Shown: positions 1 to 12,541, counted from the stretch's first letter. The stretch is DNA of 62,661 bases from Bigelowiella natans CCMP2755 (GCA_000320545.1 ADNK01002426.1:1-62661), one strand, 5' to 3'. The notes: generated by a model not told the origin, from the letters alone. Numbers and translations: made by a program.

Positions 1-169
1 CGGCTAACCCTAACCCTAACCCTAACCCTAACCCTAACCCTAACCCTAACCCTAACCCTAACCCTAACCCTAACCCTAACCCTAACCCTAACCCTAACCC
101 TAACCCTAACCCTAACCCGAACCCGAACCCGAACCCGAACCCTAACCCGAACCCGAACCCGAACCCTAA
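1..169 (-). repeat. Telomeric repeat array (TTAGGG)n, read as CCCTAA, with proximal CCCGAA variants
   Basis: Tandem CCCTAA from the window start. Seven CCCGAA units lie between 116 and 163 with one canonical unit among them, followed by degenerate copies to about 230. Confidence 0.98.
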
Positions 170-244
170 CTTGATTCCTTACTCTAATCCTTTGTCCTAA
201 TTTGATTCCTCATTTAAGCCCTGGAGGATTGAGCCTGTATGTTA

Positions 245-730
245 ACATTCTCGCTTGTTGCAATTGCAGATTGATTTTTGGTTGTCATTTGTGACGATCG
301 ACAGCGTCACACAAGACTGAATTGTACTTGCTTGCATTTGTTTTGTTTGTGCAAGAACATGTTGTTCAAAATTGTGTTGGTGCCGCGAGACATTTGCAGA
401 AATGCGACTCATTGAAAAATGCAAATGTGCCATCTTGTTTGCAAGCTGTCATTCACGGCGTTCAACTTGCATTCAATTTTGAATGAGCAGCTGCGATGGC
501 AAAATCTTCATGATGCATTTGAACGTTTAGACGTTAGTGGATTGCTCATGGGGAACATGACATTGCAAATTGAAAAAACAAACACATGCGTCGGTTGTCT
601 GGTGAAGACGAGTCGTGAATGTCCTCTACGACCTGGAATTACAGCTCTTCTAGTCTGTTCGCTGATGCTGACAATGCAAGTAGTTGCTCTCATCATTGTC
701 ATCATTCTTCATCTTCACATGCATTCACTG
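245..730. other. Subtelomeric TpA-depleted, TG/CA-rich tract
   Basis: Manual count finds one TpA between 245 and 525 in AT-rich sequence. Depletion is weaker from there to about 730. Confidence 0.75.
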
Positions 731-733
731 TCA

Positions 734-2520
734 TCAAGCTCCCATAACTCTTTGACCGTTTGATTTCATTGACAAGCCGGATAGAAAAATCACTGTTGGT
801 GTCGTAGTTTCCTCTAAAATTGTAGGTCCTCTTTCCTGCATTTTTTTCGAAATCGCTAGAAGCGGCATCGTCTCCTCCTTTTCTACTACTACTACTACCA
901 CTAAAGCCTCCGATGCTACTCCCGCTCCAAATACTGCTATTTTGTTGCCTCTTCCCCCTCCTCCTACCACTATACTGCTGCTGCTACTAACAACATTGCG
1001 TCCACTACCACAATGTAGTAATCCTAAGCAACAAAGTCCTTTGAAACACGCACCTATGGCCGATAAGACGAGTATCAACATCAACAAGCCTCCCAGTACT
1101 TTGAAGCACACTATAAGTAGTATAGTATCATCGTCTTGGCCTCCATCGTGCTGATGATGATCATTTGAAGAATGATCGATCAAATTATTAGTATGATTTA
1201 CGGAACAACCAAATCATAAAGGTGCCAATATATTGAAAGGTGGTTTAGTTAAGTGTATTAACATATATCACATATATCAGACAGCAGAGTTTATGATAGC
1301 ACAATAGTAGTGGTTCACTACAACTCTTTTAGTACTATACTAGCTAGAAGACATTGTGGGCAATGTCCAGGTGATTTAACATGTGCATAGGTCCATAGAC
1401 ATCTAAATGTGGATGTAGATGCACGATCGATGATCAGCTACTTGTAGATTTTAAGTTTGTCGTTGTTGTTTGTTGTAGCTGTACCGATAATGGGTTGGAT
1501 CCTCCTCCTGTGAAAAAGGAAACCGTATGGTCCCAAGATATATCTTCTCCCCTCTCCAAATGTATGTGAGAGAATGGTTCCACTGCTAACGTCGTATTTA
1601 CTGCGTAGAAGTGCAGTATCTGCATGTTTTCGGTACTTTCCTTTTTAAATCCATTACCCCAAGAATCTCTGACTCTGAAACGATTCTTAACCCTTGCTGC
1701 GACCTATAAACAAACACCAGGCAATAATAATGATGGTAGTGATGATGATGATAATGATGGTAATGATGATAGGCAGCAGATGTAACAATAATGGTGGTTT
1801 TCTTAGTATTAGATTGTCATCACACAACAGGAGCAGCAGAATAATGGTGGTTTTCTTAGTATTAGATTGTCGTCACACAACAGGAGCAGCAGATACTACA
1901 GAATGAGATACGTATTTCATGGCTTTCGTTACGAATAATAATAACAACACTTATTAAATGACAAACACTTATTATTACCTATACGACTAAGTAGTAGTAG
2001 TAGCATGTTATAAACATTAAGTATAGTAAGATAATTTTCCTACTACTTAAATCAGATCTTTTTACTATTACCTGTCCAAAATCACAGTAGAATACATCTG
2101 TTGCATTTAGAGGTCTTGAAAAGAAGAACGACTTCACTGCATCGCTACTACTGGATGGTGGTGGTGGTGGTGATGATGATGATGACAAGGAGTAGGAGGA
2201 GGAGGAGGTGCTCAATGAAAACGGTGTTGTGGTAGGTGATGACGACGATAAGAATGAGGACGACGGTGCAGTAGTTGATGGGGTAAAGTTGGATGATACA
2301 GCAGTTGTTACATTGGTAGTGGTGTTGTTAGTGCTAAGTGGTTGTTGTAAAGGTGGTGGCGATTGTCGTTGTATTGCTTCTCCTCCATTATTTGCACTTC
2401 GTAGTGGAATTTTCTTCGACGAAGACAATAGCGATGATGGTGATGACAATGATGATGATGGTGATGGTGATGATAATAGTTGTGCACTGCTTCTAATTGT
2501 CTGGGATGAGGTAGAGGGCG

Positions 2521-2555
<35 letters not shown>

Positions 2556-4445
2556 GCAACGGCATTTTGTATATTTCCCGAACAAGATGTTGCAAAATAG
2601 GAAAAAAGGGATGTAGAGAGGGGGGACAATGATTGCGTGTATTCATCATCATTCTGTGGTGGGTTATTAAGTGGGGGCGATGATGATGACGACGATGATG
2701 AGGCAGCAGCAGCAGTTTGTTGAGTTGGAAGGATGGAGACGGGTAGGTCAAAACTAAAGTTTGAACCTACACAACAGCAAGTAAGTAACCTTATTATTCG
2801 TGTTATACACCGTACTGTGCATAATCATCAGCAACACCTACCATGAAATGATAAATATCTGTGCATAATCATCAGCAGCGCCCACCATGAAATGATAAAT
2901 ATCCTCTCATATTTATCAAAAGAAGAAGTGTATTGCTCCGTGTAAGTATACTGATTGTTACTAATGTTATCTTTTACAAAAAGTACTCACTAGTAATGCA
3001 CCTACCAATATCGTGCCCTGGACGGTTAAAGAAGTTATGGCTGTAACTAAAAACAGCAATAACAACATATATAGAAGTTGCTGATAATAATGAGAGCACC
3101 AATATATACTAATTGGATATACTACAACACAAATGAAGTAATGTACTATTTAATATTGATAACACCACACCTTATAAGCAACAGCTAGTATCTCAATATA
3201 ACTCTCAATAGGGAATGAACAACATTAGTACTACTAGATGGTATTTACGATATAATCCTAATTCTTCCTATTCTCATGCCTTTATGGGAGTCGCTACTAT
3301 CAGCATTATCATCAATTTCGTCATCGCGGTCGTTGATATGATGATATTATCTTCATCATTATGTGTCGGCTCTCATTGTACATACGTCCATGTTGAAAGA
3401 GGAAGCTTTCCGGTGTTCTTCAGGAAATGGTGGATACGCAGCACGGTGGTTAATGAAGACCCAGAAGAAGAAGCAGTATCATCGCTGTCATTATCGTTAT
3501 TTCCTTTTTCTTCTCCTCCTCCTTCTTCAAGCGAGATAGTCTTGATATACCTGATTATTGGGGAAAATAGCTATGTGTGACACCTTTGTGAGCTTCAATG
3601 AAACTGTGTTTATTTGAGGATGAAGTCATGGCATGCACTACTCCTGTTATTATATATAACTACCGCCATCATCTTCATGCTACAGCAACAACTCACTACA
3701 AGTACCGCTAATTCACTATACTATCTCGTTGTTTGCGACGACGACTAACAGTTAGCTAGACGACATCATACTCGTATCCATGATCCTTAAAGTTAACTTG
3801 TGAGCGCATCGAGACTCCGTCGTAAGGATGCTTAGATGAACGAGGTTGGGAATGAGGAGGGGGATGATGAGACAGCCGCCGTTTTATTGACCAATTCCCT
3901 GGAACTACAACTTTATACGGGTAATTAAAATCATATGGAGCGTCGTCTCGATCATTCTCGCAGATTCCGACTCCGATTTTGAGAAAATGGGTTCCTTTCT
4001 TTGGCTGAAAGCCTGGAGGATTAGCCATTCCGAACTCCTCCGCAAATCCAATTCCATGCTCTATCAGTGGTGTTTCAGAGAAATCAATCACACAAAGCAC
4101 GTCAGTAGAATCTCCTACTGATAAGCTAACACTACTTTCATCACCAGGAATCAGAGGATTATGAGGCTTTCGCCAATCACCAAAGAATGACACTCCACTT
4201 GTCAATAACTTGATTTGGCCAATCATGGAGGACCATTCGAAGCGGCTGGAGCGATAGTACCCACTTTTAGCATTAGGGGTGTATACCGTCGCCTCCACCT
4301 CCTTGTTTCGAAGCACTATCTTCGGAAACGTCGGAGGTGAGGAGAATGGATAAGTGAAGTCCTCCTGAGTCTCTGGACCTTCTCCTCCTCCCACCACCAC
4401 AATGGATCCAACCGTTAGAAGGAACACATTCAAGCTCGCCTTCAT
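734..4445 (-). CDS. Multi-exon predicted type I membrane protein with a bacterial-type uncharacterised (probably galactose-mutarotase-like) ectodomain, a Ser/Thr-rich insert and a C-terminal TM
   Basis: Phase-compatible GT-AG splicing gives a hydrophobic N-terminus, GYYRSSRFEWSSMIG, EHGIGFAEEFG, FLKIGVG, LRIHHFLKNTGK, TYSHNFF and TTLAVEPFSHIHLERGEDISWDH. A phase-0 intron at 1484-1151 joins a hydrophobic Cys-flanked exon. If that intron is not spliced, the stop is at 1434. Confidence 0.7.
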
Positions 4446-4943
4446 TTAAAAAGTGATGTGTTGACGACGTGTCAACCTTTTTATGCTCGTATTAGAACAA
4501 AATCCAACAAGAATGCTTGTCGCAGGGAAAGTATATCCTTGGATTCAATAAATACTTCAAACATCTAGTCAGTATTGGTAAAGACGATAGCGACAACTTT
4601 TTTCCTTGTCGTACTTGGACTAGCAAAACTCCAAGCCCATTGCGCAAAATCGCAGATTTCGATTTAACCGTTTAGAGGGAACAAAGCCGGTCGTTTAAAT
4701 GATTTGATCCAAAAAGATCACAATATTGACAGAAATATGTGTTATTTTCAAATAAATCATCATTCCGATTCCTTCGTCTAAAATCTTACAATTTTTGAAA
4801 AGGTTCTTCCTTGCTGCCTGACGAAGAACGTTCATCATCATCGGCTTCTGGGGTTGGGGGCTGGAACAAATGGCAAAACCAACAATATCTCACATGTTAT
4901 TTAATATATCCTCAGGAACAATATACGGGTGTCTACGGAGATT

Positions 4944-5740
4944 ATGAATGCTCAGAGACTCGAGGCCATGCAGCAACTGTTGCTGCAGCAGCAAGGCAAA
5001 ACAATAGTGGAATTCAAGGCTGGAAAGTTGAACAAGAGCGGCGCAACTGTAACAGCAGATCCACGTCGAGGGACACTATCCATCATGGAGTCTGCAGCAG
5101 ATGGAATGACGAGAATTCAATGGAAGACCCGTCCAGGCGGCCAAATGGAAACTGATATTGTGGTGGTCCCAAATGATGCGACAGTGGAGAAGGTGCCTGA
5201 ATGTAAGTCTGGGCGGGTTTTCCTTATCCGCATGCGGTCATCCAATCGCATGCTTTTCTTCTGGATGCAGGTACGAGTAGATTGAACAAAAACGGGTTGC
5301 TCAGTAGCCTAGTTAGTCAGATCTTCGTCATTAGCTTTTATAAAATGACTCTTGGTGAATTATCTCAGGAGCCAAAAGAAGAGAAGGACGACGAGTTAAT
5401 TGAAAAAATGAAGACTGCATTTGCGACAAGTAGATCGGTAATCACAAATATAATCAGAATAGACCTTAGATGTTTTACTACTACTACGCATTATCTTCTA
5501 ACCTAGTAACCCGATTATACTAATTACTCCCCGACTATGTATGTGAGTCATCGTTGTCGTCCGTTACAACTTAATATAACGCCTTTTTCCTTTGGGAAGG
5601 GTGCTGGTGGGGGGGGGTTCATGGGGGGCGCGTCTACAGGATCAGGGGCGAGAGGAGCGACGGGGGGTGGTGCTGGAGGCATGGAACAGGCCATTCAACA
5701 GTAATTCGAATTATGGAACAGCTGTTTTCTCGGAATACAA

Positions 5741-5782
<42 letters not shown>

Positions 5783-7343
5783 ACACTCTCTGGGCACACA
5801 CATTACTAGGTTTCTGATGTCATCGGGAATGGGCGGATCTGGGACTGCAGGGGTGCCAACACAGCAGCGAGCAGCAAGTAATCCTCTGATGCTCACTCAA
5901 TCGTGAAAGAGACTTAGGCTGATAATAAATAACTCTCATTTGACACCACCACCACCACTTCGCTATCGAATAATACCAGTGAAAGAAAATGCGTAACAAC
6001 TAGTTGCAAGCTGATAGATCATCCTTGCATATATTAAGATGAAATGGCTGTGGAGCAAATGCGACAGATGCAAGCGACTTCCATTACGGTTTTCATTTAT
6101 AATTGTCATGCTAGTGATCTTAATTTCCAATCTGCATTTTTAATGTTTTTTATTTTCTCTTAGTTTTTCTCTCTCTATGAAAATTGTCATTACACATCTT
6201 GCACTTTATAATTATATCGAAAGAATCGTGCTTTTTTAAATACATTCCGGTTTTTTCCTCATGAAAGTGCTATTGTTGTGTCTACTGCTTCAGCACTCAC
6301 AATATTAGCTTTCTGCTGGACAATCTTCTTATTCAAACCATTCAACACTCTCGTTGTTTATTGCCTCAATTTGTTTTCCTTTCCCTACAATTAGAATATC
6401 GTTTCCCAGGGGCAGTTAATTCTTGATTCTCTCGAAGAAGAGGATAGGAAGAAGCTTTTTGAGGTAGTACGGGGAGGCGGCGGGTGAGGATGGTCGGGCA
6501 TCATAACAAACATTCAGAAATAAAGGCAACCACGTCAATCTTCGACTGATATCTTCGTTAGTAACGTAGTAGTAGAAGTAGTAGTAGAAGAAGGTGGGAA
6601 ATGGTGCTAGGAGGATAATAATCAAGATATTGATATTACAGTTCCTTCCGAAAGGACAGCAAGATGCAAAGGGATTTGAAGCTGCTATTAACAGTCCTCA
6701 ACTACAGCAAGGTACTAGTAGCTCAGAGGATTACTGTTATTCTGTAGTAACAGCGTGGTGCTTTCTCTTGTTTACAACAAGTACCACAACAACGCATAAC
6801 GCTGAGAAGATATGAGGAGACAAAATAATTTCAGATTGTGAGTACCTCTGCTACATACATTTGTTGTTTCTCAATAGATCACCGATATAAATATGTAGGA
6901 GCATCTCGGTTGACACGGGTGTTAAATAGTGCACAATACGGCAATCTTGTGACTTCGTTCGGGCTTAGAAATACTGGTGAAATGGGAAGCAAAGCCTTTA
7001 TCGATGCTATAAAGGTGGTTACCAATTTGTTGTCATAGAACTTTAGCCCCTGAACAGCACTAGTCTCTATTATACGCATATCAAGTTTGCAATATTTCTC
7101 GCAAAGCATGATGTATACTGTTTTGTACGCATTTATAGTTTGCAGTATTTTTCATTTAATACAATTTAAATTGTAGGCAAAATTTGGCAAGAAAGCTGAA
7201 GAGAAATCTTCTGATTCAAAAAAGGTGTTACTAGCATTTAGGAGTCTTTCTATGTCATGTACAAACTATGGCTTCCAAAATGGCTAATTTTCTGCTGTCG
7301 TGATTTTTTCCAGGATGAGGAAAGCAAAATGGAAACTGAGTGA
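4944..7343 (+). CDS. RPN13: Proteasome ubiquitin receptor Rpn13/ADRM1 (about 10 exons)
   Basis: PRU domain (IVEFKAGKL...ADPRRG...KVPECKSGRVFLIR...LFFWMQ|EPKEEKDDE), a Gly-rich linker and a C-terminal UCH37-binding-like region (FLPKGQ...INSPQLQQ...). It ends DEESKMETE*. All introns traced are GT-AG and in phase. Confidence 0.95.
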
Positions 7344-7449
7344 ACATGCTATTAGTGTGGAATCTACTCATTTAGATTACAGTACGTAATGGACAAAGAT
7401 ATTGGTTTGGAATTGTGAACCAGATGAGTAACACAGCAGTCATTGAACT

Positions 7450-9000
7450 AAGCGTAATTTTGCATCATGCACTAACTTCCACATGTTTGCAATGCACCAC
7501 ATGACAGCATGTGACAAATCGTCAAACAATTTGTGCACATCCAATACGATGCGATGTGGACTAGTCGATGTCATCACTCGTGATAACGATCGACGTCGCT
7601 CTACATTCTGCTAGCTAGCATTGCGCAACACTGTCCTTCGCCGCAGCCGTCACTCAGACTAGCAGGCAGTCTAGCTAGCAGTGGCAGTGCAAACGACACG
7701 ACACATCATGATGATGGCATGTGGCATGCAGGCATAGTAAACACCATGCATGTAGTGCGAAAGCGAAGTGGATGATCCGCGATCAACATTGTGCACTGTG
7801 ACTTGACTGTGAGCATTAACTGTCAACATTGAAGTGCATGAAGCGTTCACATCTTGCCCAAACCGTGTGACATTGGGCTGTGCAACGAGCGGGGCCATGA
7901 CATGTGCGCACATGTGGCCAGGATCGAGCAACGCGCATGTGCACGGAATCGATGTGATGCAAGTTTTGGGGTTCAATCTCGTTCCAGTTTTTGAGAAATT
8001 CCACTTTCATTGCCCAAAATTGAGCCATCTGCGTGCCGTGCAAGGAGAAAAACCTCATGCACTTTGGTTCCAACTAGCTCCAAGCACAGCAGGAGTTGCA
8101 GGAAACTGTTCCTCTGAGCTGTTGATTGAGAGCCATCTGACATGCAGCACAAGTGGTTGGGCCCAAATCCAAAATCTCGAGGAGACACCTCAGTTTTTGT
8201 GTTTTGAAAATTGGGCAAAAGCTGGGAAATCAGAGCTTTCACTTTTTCAAGAAAAAGCAAAAACGACTCTCCCATTGGCACGAATGCTCAGAATTGCGCA
8301 TGCATGGCAAAAAGTGATGAAAATTGCTGAAAGCACTGGTCAACAAACGAGTCCAGGAGTGTCAAAATGTCGACATTTTGCTTCACGTGATCACTTGGTG
8401 CGTGGTCACATGCAGCAAAATGTCGACATTTTGTGTGTTCCCACGTACGTGCCGCACACATTGAGAATTTTGACAAATGATCAAATTCAATTGAGCCAAA
8501 TTGAAGTGGTGCGCAATGACAGCTCTAGAGCTGCATGCATGTTGAGCAAAAAATTGTCAAAAAACACCATCTAGTTTTTGAGATGGCTCACTTTTTGTGT
8601 CGATGTTGCACATTTGGGCAAGATGAGTTGCAGGCAAAACATGCTGCACACACATAATTTGTCGCTCGCATGTTCAACTAGCTAGCTAGATGCGACGCAT
8701 GAGCATGTGTGTTTTTGACGGCAGACATTCACCAGGAAAAACCACGCGCGCGTTTTCACATGCGCTATGGCATGCGATTGTCCCAATTTTTGAAGTTTCC
8801 GATTGCCAAGAAAAAGCCCTATGAAATTCGCCATGCTAGCATGGCAGGCCATCACAGCAGGCGCGGAGCGGAGCGCGCGCAGCACCTTGTGCTAGCATTA
8901 CACATTCCAAAGGGTAGGTTAGCAGGTCGAATCTCTCTCTCGCATGCAGCTCTGTAGAGCTAGCGCAGCCGCAGCATGCCGTTTTCCCCCCCATTAGCCG
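7450..9000. other. Intergenic TpA-depleted / CTAG-retaining tract between convergent genes
   Basis: 7821-8650 has 4 TpA by manual count, 3 of them in CTAG. CATG and TGCA are abundant and CpG is retained. Confidence 0.9.
7850..8625. mobile_element. Possible degenerate MITE / non-autonomous DNA transposon
   Basis: A 13-bp perfect inverted repeat, CATCTTGCCCAAA (7850-7862) / TTTGGGCAAGATG (8613-8625), brackets the TpA-free core. Inside are repeated GAGCCATCT motifs and two 18-bp palindromes. No transposase ORF. Confidence 0.4.
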
Positions 9001-9346
9001 ACATGTGCACATTTAGTACTCTAGCTACTTGTCAAGGTGCACACCTCTAGACCTCCAGACCTGGCTCTAGCTGGGACCAATAACTTTGATATTCATGAAA
9101 ACTCTGATGTCGATGAAAATTACACATGAACATGTGCATATTTTCTAGTTGCCTGTCTAAATGTGTGCCATTGTGGTAATTGCTCTCACTGCTATTGTGG
9201 CCTGACGCTTGTGCAGATACGAGCGTTTTGACAAGGTTGCCGTGACTACTATGTGCGCATATGATGGCTGTTGAGATTTGCGCTGCACGGTATCGGCATG
9301 CTTGTAACCAATGTAACATTGTCGTCTGTTGTCATGCATGTTCTTG

Positions 9347-10382
9347 TTATGTGTTATCATCCACTCCTACTGTTGGAAGACCAGGCACAACTGTTATCAC
9401 CTACCATATTGAAATATATATAACAGATGATAAATAACATGACAACAAGACCGAATGGTCAATCAATAGAACCCCTTCCAATGAATAGTGAACACAATCA
9501 AGTAAACATTGCACAAATCTATACATTGCAATTTTTTACACGCCGATAGATGAATGTTGAAGTAAATTCGAAATCATAAGCTTAAACCTGCTCTTGACCC
9601 ATTATGGACACAGCTCCTATTCATGTTTACGATCACTCAGCAATACACATATTTTCATCACACATTGTAACAACTGTTAAGAGAGCAATAAAAGCGCAGC
9701 TGTTGACAATATGAACATCATATTACATTGCTACTTAGTATTAGTGGATGTAGTAAAGGAGTCATGATACACACAGCCTGATAATGTACTTACTGTACTG
9801 CAAATTTAATTAGTTATCATCACCATCATCCTCATCATCATCATATTCTCATACCTAGCTTCTTATGTCTTGCTGGAGGGTTCTTAACCTATTTTGTGTA
9901 GATAAGACAGCAGGCTTAAATTGTGACAACAACTGCAACAACAATTCCCCGTAATGTTGTTCAATGAACGATTACCATCAGTTTTCTGATCAAATTATTG
10001 TTATTATTGTATTGTCCTAATTCTACCTGACTCCCCTTGCAATAAGATACTTCAACGCGAGTTTCATCCTAAAAAGTATGGTGATTATTCTTCAAGATTG
10101 TCCAAATGCATTACACTAGAATATGTGGCAGTTGGTAATGCTGGAATTAATTCCCTTCTCACAGTAGTATCTTTAGCGCTAATATGTAATCTGGTTTACA
10201 CATATATTTAGCTGACAACGCAGTAGCATCTTTGTATAATTTATGATTGTTGTCTACTATCATCACTGACTGACACCACTAGTTCTTTAAAAGAAGAGAG
10301 AAAGAGAGAACGGCAGAGAGAGAGAGAGAGAGATAGAGAGATAGAGAGAGATATCATTCAGCAAGTACTTTGCCACCCACCA

Positions 10383-10416
<34 letters not shown>

Positions 10417-10870
10417 ACATACACACATTCAGTCGACTAGTTGTTAGCACATGTAGTAATGCATATTTATTACTACTACTGTTCATCATCATCATCACCA
10501 CCACCACTACCACCACTAGCAAGTAGCATTACCTTTCCGTGTGAATGCCAAGCAGCAATCTTTGCAGCAAATTCAATATCAGCCATGTCAACCGGGGGTA
10601 ACATGATATTATAGAGTAGTCGTAGTAGTAGTAGTATGTCAAAATAGTGTCTATGATATTCAGGATGACGATACTATGCCATAATCTATATGATATTATG
10701 CCCAAAATCTATGACATGATACCATACACCATGGGTGCTGCTGTTTACCATAATATTCCATATTGATACCTTATCGAAATCAGCCCTTATCAGTACATGA
10801 GATCCAGGAAGGTTCCGAACATGAAACCAAACCTACAACATCATGCAACAACATATGATTATTGTCAATA

Positions 10871-10918
<48 letters not shown>

Positions 10919-12344
10919 TATTCTCTCACCACACGACGACTAAACTGTATCATGACTGCACACCATTACTACCTGATTTCGTTTTGTTAACTGAAACGAT
11001 ACATGCTCATTTGCAGAGGCAGATCTTCCTGCTAGCACTGTGAATCTGATTTATGTATAGGATGATGATGAAGATAATGACGACAAGGAGGGGATAATGA
11101 TGATGAATATCATCAAATAATTTCATATGATACTGGCAATGATATATAATACCTATAATAGTGCTAATAATAACAATAACACGTAGAAAATGAGTAATTA
11201 CAATCGTTACTACTAAACTCACTCTTTTCTTACCATCACGACTTTTTATCTCATAGTTGATTACTAGTCATATACTCACTTGTAATCTCATAGTTGGTTT
11301 AAAATTACTAATCATATACTCACTTATATCTCATAGTTGGTTTAAAATTACATCATGCACTCATCTTCTTTACCCTCCTGTTCTCACTTGATCATGTTTG
11401 CATTGTGTATTAAGTGCCAATCTACATTTAATTCTAATAACAATAATAATAATAATAATAGTAATACCCTGATGGAGATGTGAATTTGTCTATATCTTTC
11501 AAAGTAGTAGACGACGATTTGGAATGCTTCTTGTTCTTCTTTTGAGCTTGATTGCTATTCTTATTCTTTCATCATCGTCATTGTCGCCATCATCATCATT
11601 ATATAATCATTCGAAAAACAATCATCAAGGTGTAGAATAGTACGTGGGTAGTAGTACATAAGAGGAGAAAAACAAACAAGCGTAAGTATTAAAAACTCAT
11701 CATATTTCCCAGGAGAAAGGAACAACACAACTTGTAAAAATGATCACCGACGATGGTATCAATGATGACAGTGATAGTGATATCGATGCTATGAAACAAT
11801 GCAAAATAACATACATTTGAAGGAAGAAATCATGCTGCAGTAACTGTAGAGTTGGTGTGATGACGTTATTGTGCTGCTACTGCTGTTGTTGTTGTTGCTG
11901 TTGTTGTGATTTGTGTGATTTGAATAAAGCACATTAGGCACCTTTTGAAAAGACGATGATGCCTCTTCCGATGTTCGTGCTGCTGTTGATCATATGATGT
12001 TTTGTTACAGTGCAGATTGCATACAAGCATGTAATCAAACAATCAAACATGATTTTTAGATAATTCATCGCACTGTTGCACCTTTCTGAGCGAGATCGGG
12101 AACGAGTATCTTCTCACGAATTAGTTTAGAATAAAGATCTGACACACACACATACTATTTGATCATGATGATCATCATCATCTTTGTGTACGGTTTCAAT
12201 GATAATCCTAATGGGAGGAGGATGATCAGCACTACACAGAATCATTAGTAGCAGCAACAAACCACCTTCAAGAAGTTGTCTTGTTTCTTCAACGAGCCTT
12301 TCTTTCTCCTCACCCCTGTTCTCATCATTCCCTCCTTATTTAAC

Positions 12345-12379
<35 letters not shown>

Positions 12380-12488
12380 GCGACATCTCATTCATTATAT
12401 TTTATGTGAAGATATATAAAAAGAGAGTAGTCTATAACTCTCAAATGAAGACATTGAATCATACAACACACACAGATAAATATTTACA

Positions 12489-12541
<53 letters not shown>

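Noticed and set aside
116-163. CCCGAA telomere variants as products of the TpA mutator
   Set aside because: The change is a T-to-G transversion; A-to-G editing would give CCCTGA or CCCCAA.
7834-8574. 246-aa ORF and overlapping ORFs
   Set aside because: A by-product of TpA loss, which removes TAA/TAG stops. His/Cys-rich, almost no Tyr, no recognisable domain.
7450-9000. Classical RIP or CpG-methylation decay as the cause of the tract composition
   Set aside because: RIP increases TpA and 5mC decay removes CpG; here TpA is lost and CpG is plentiful.
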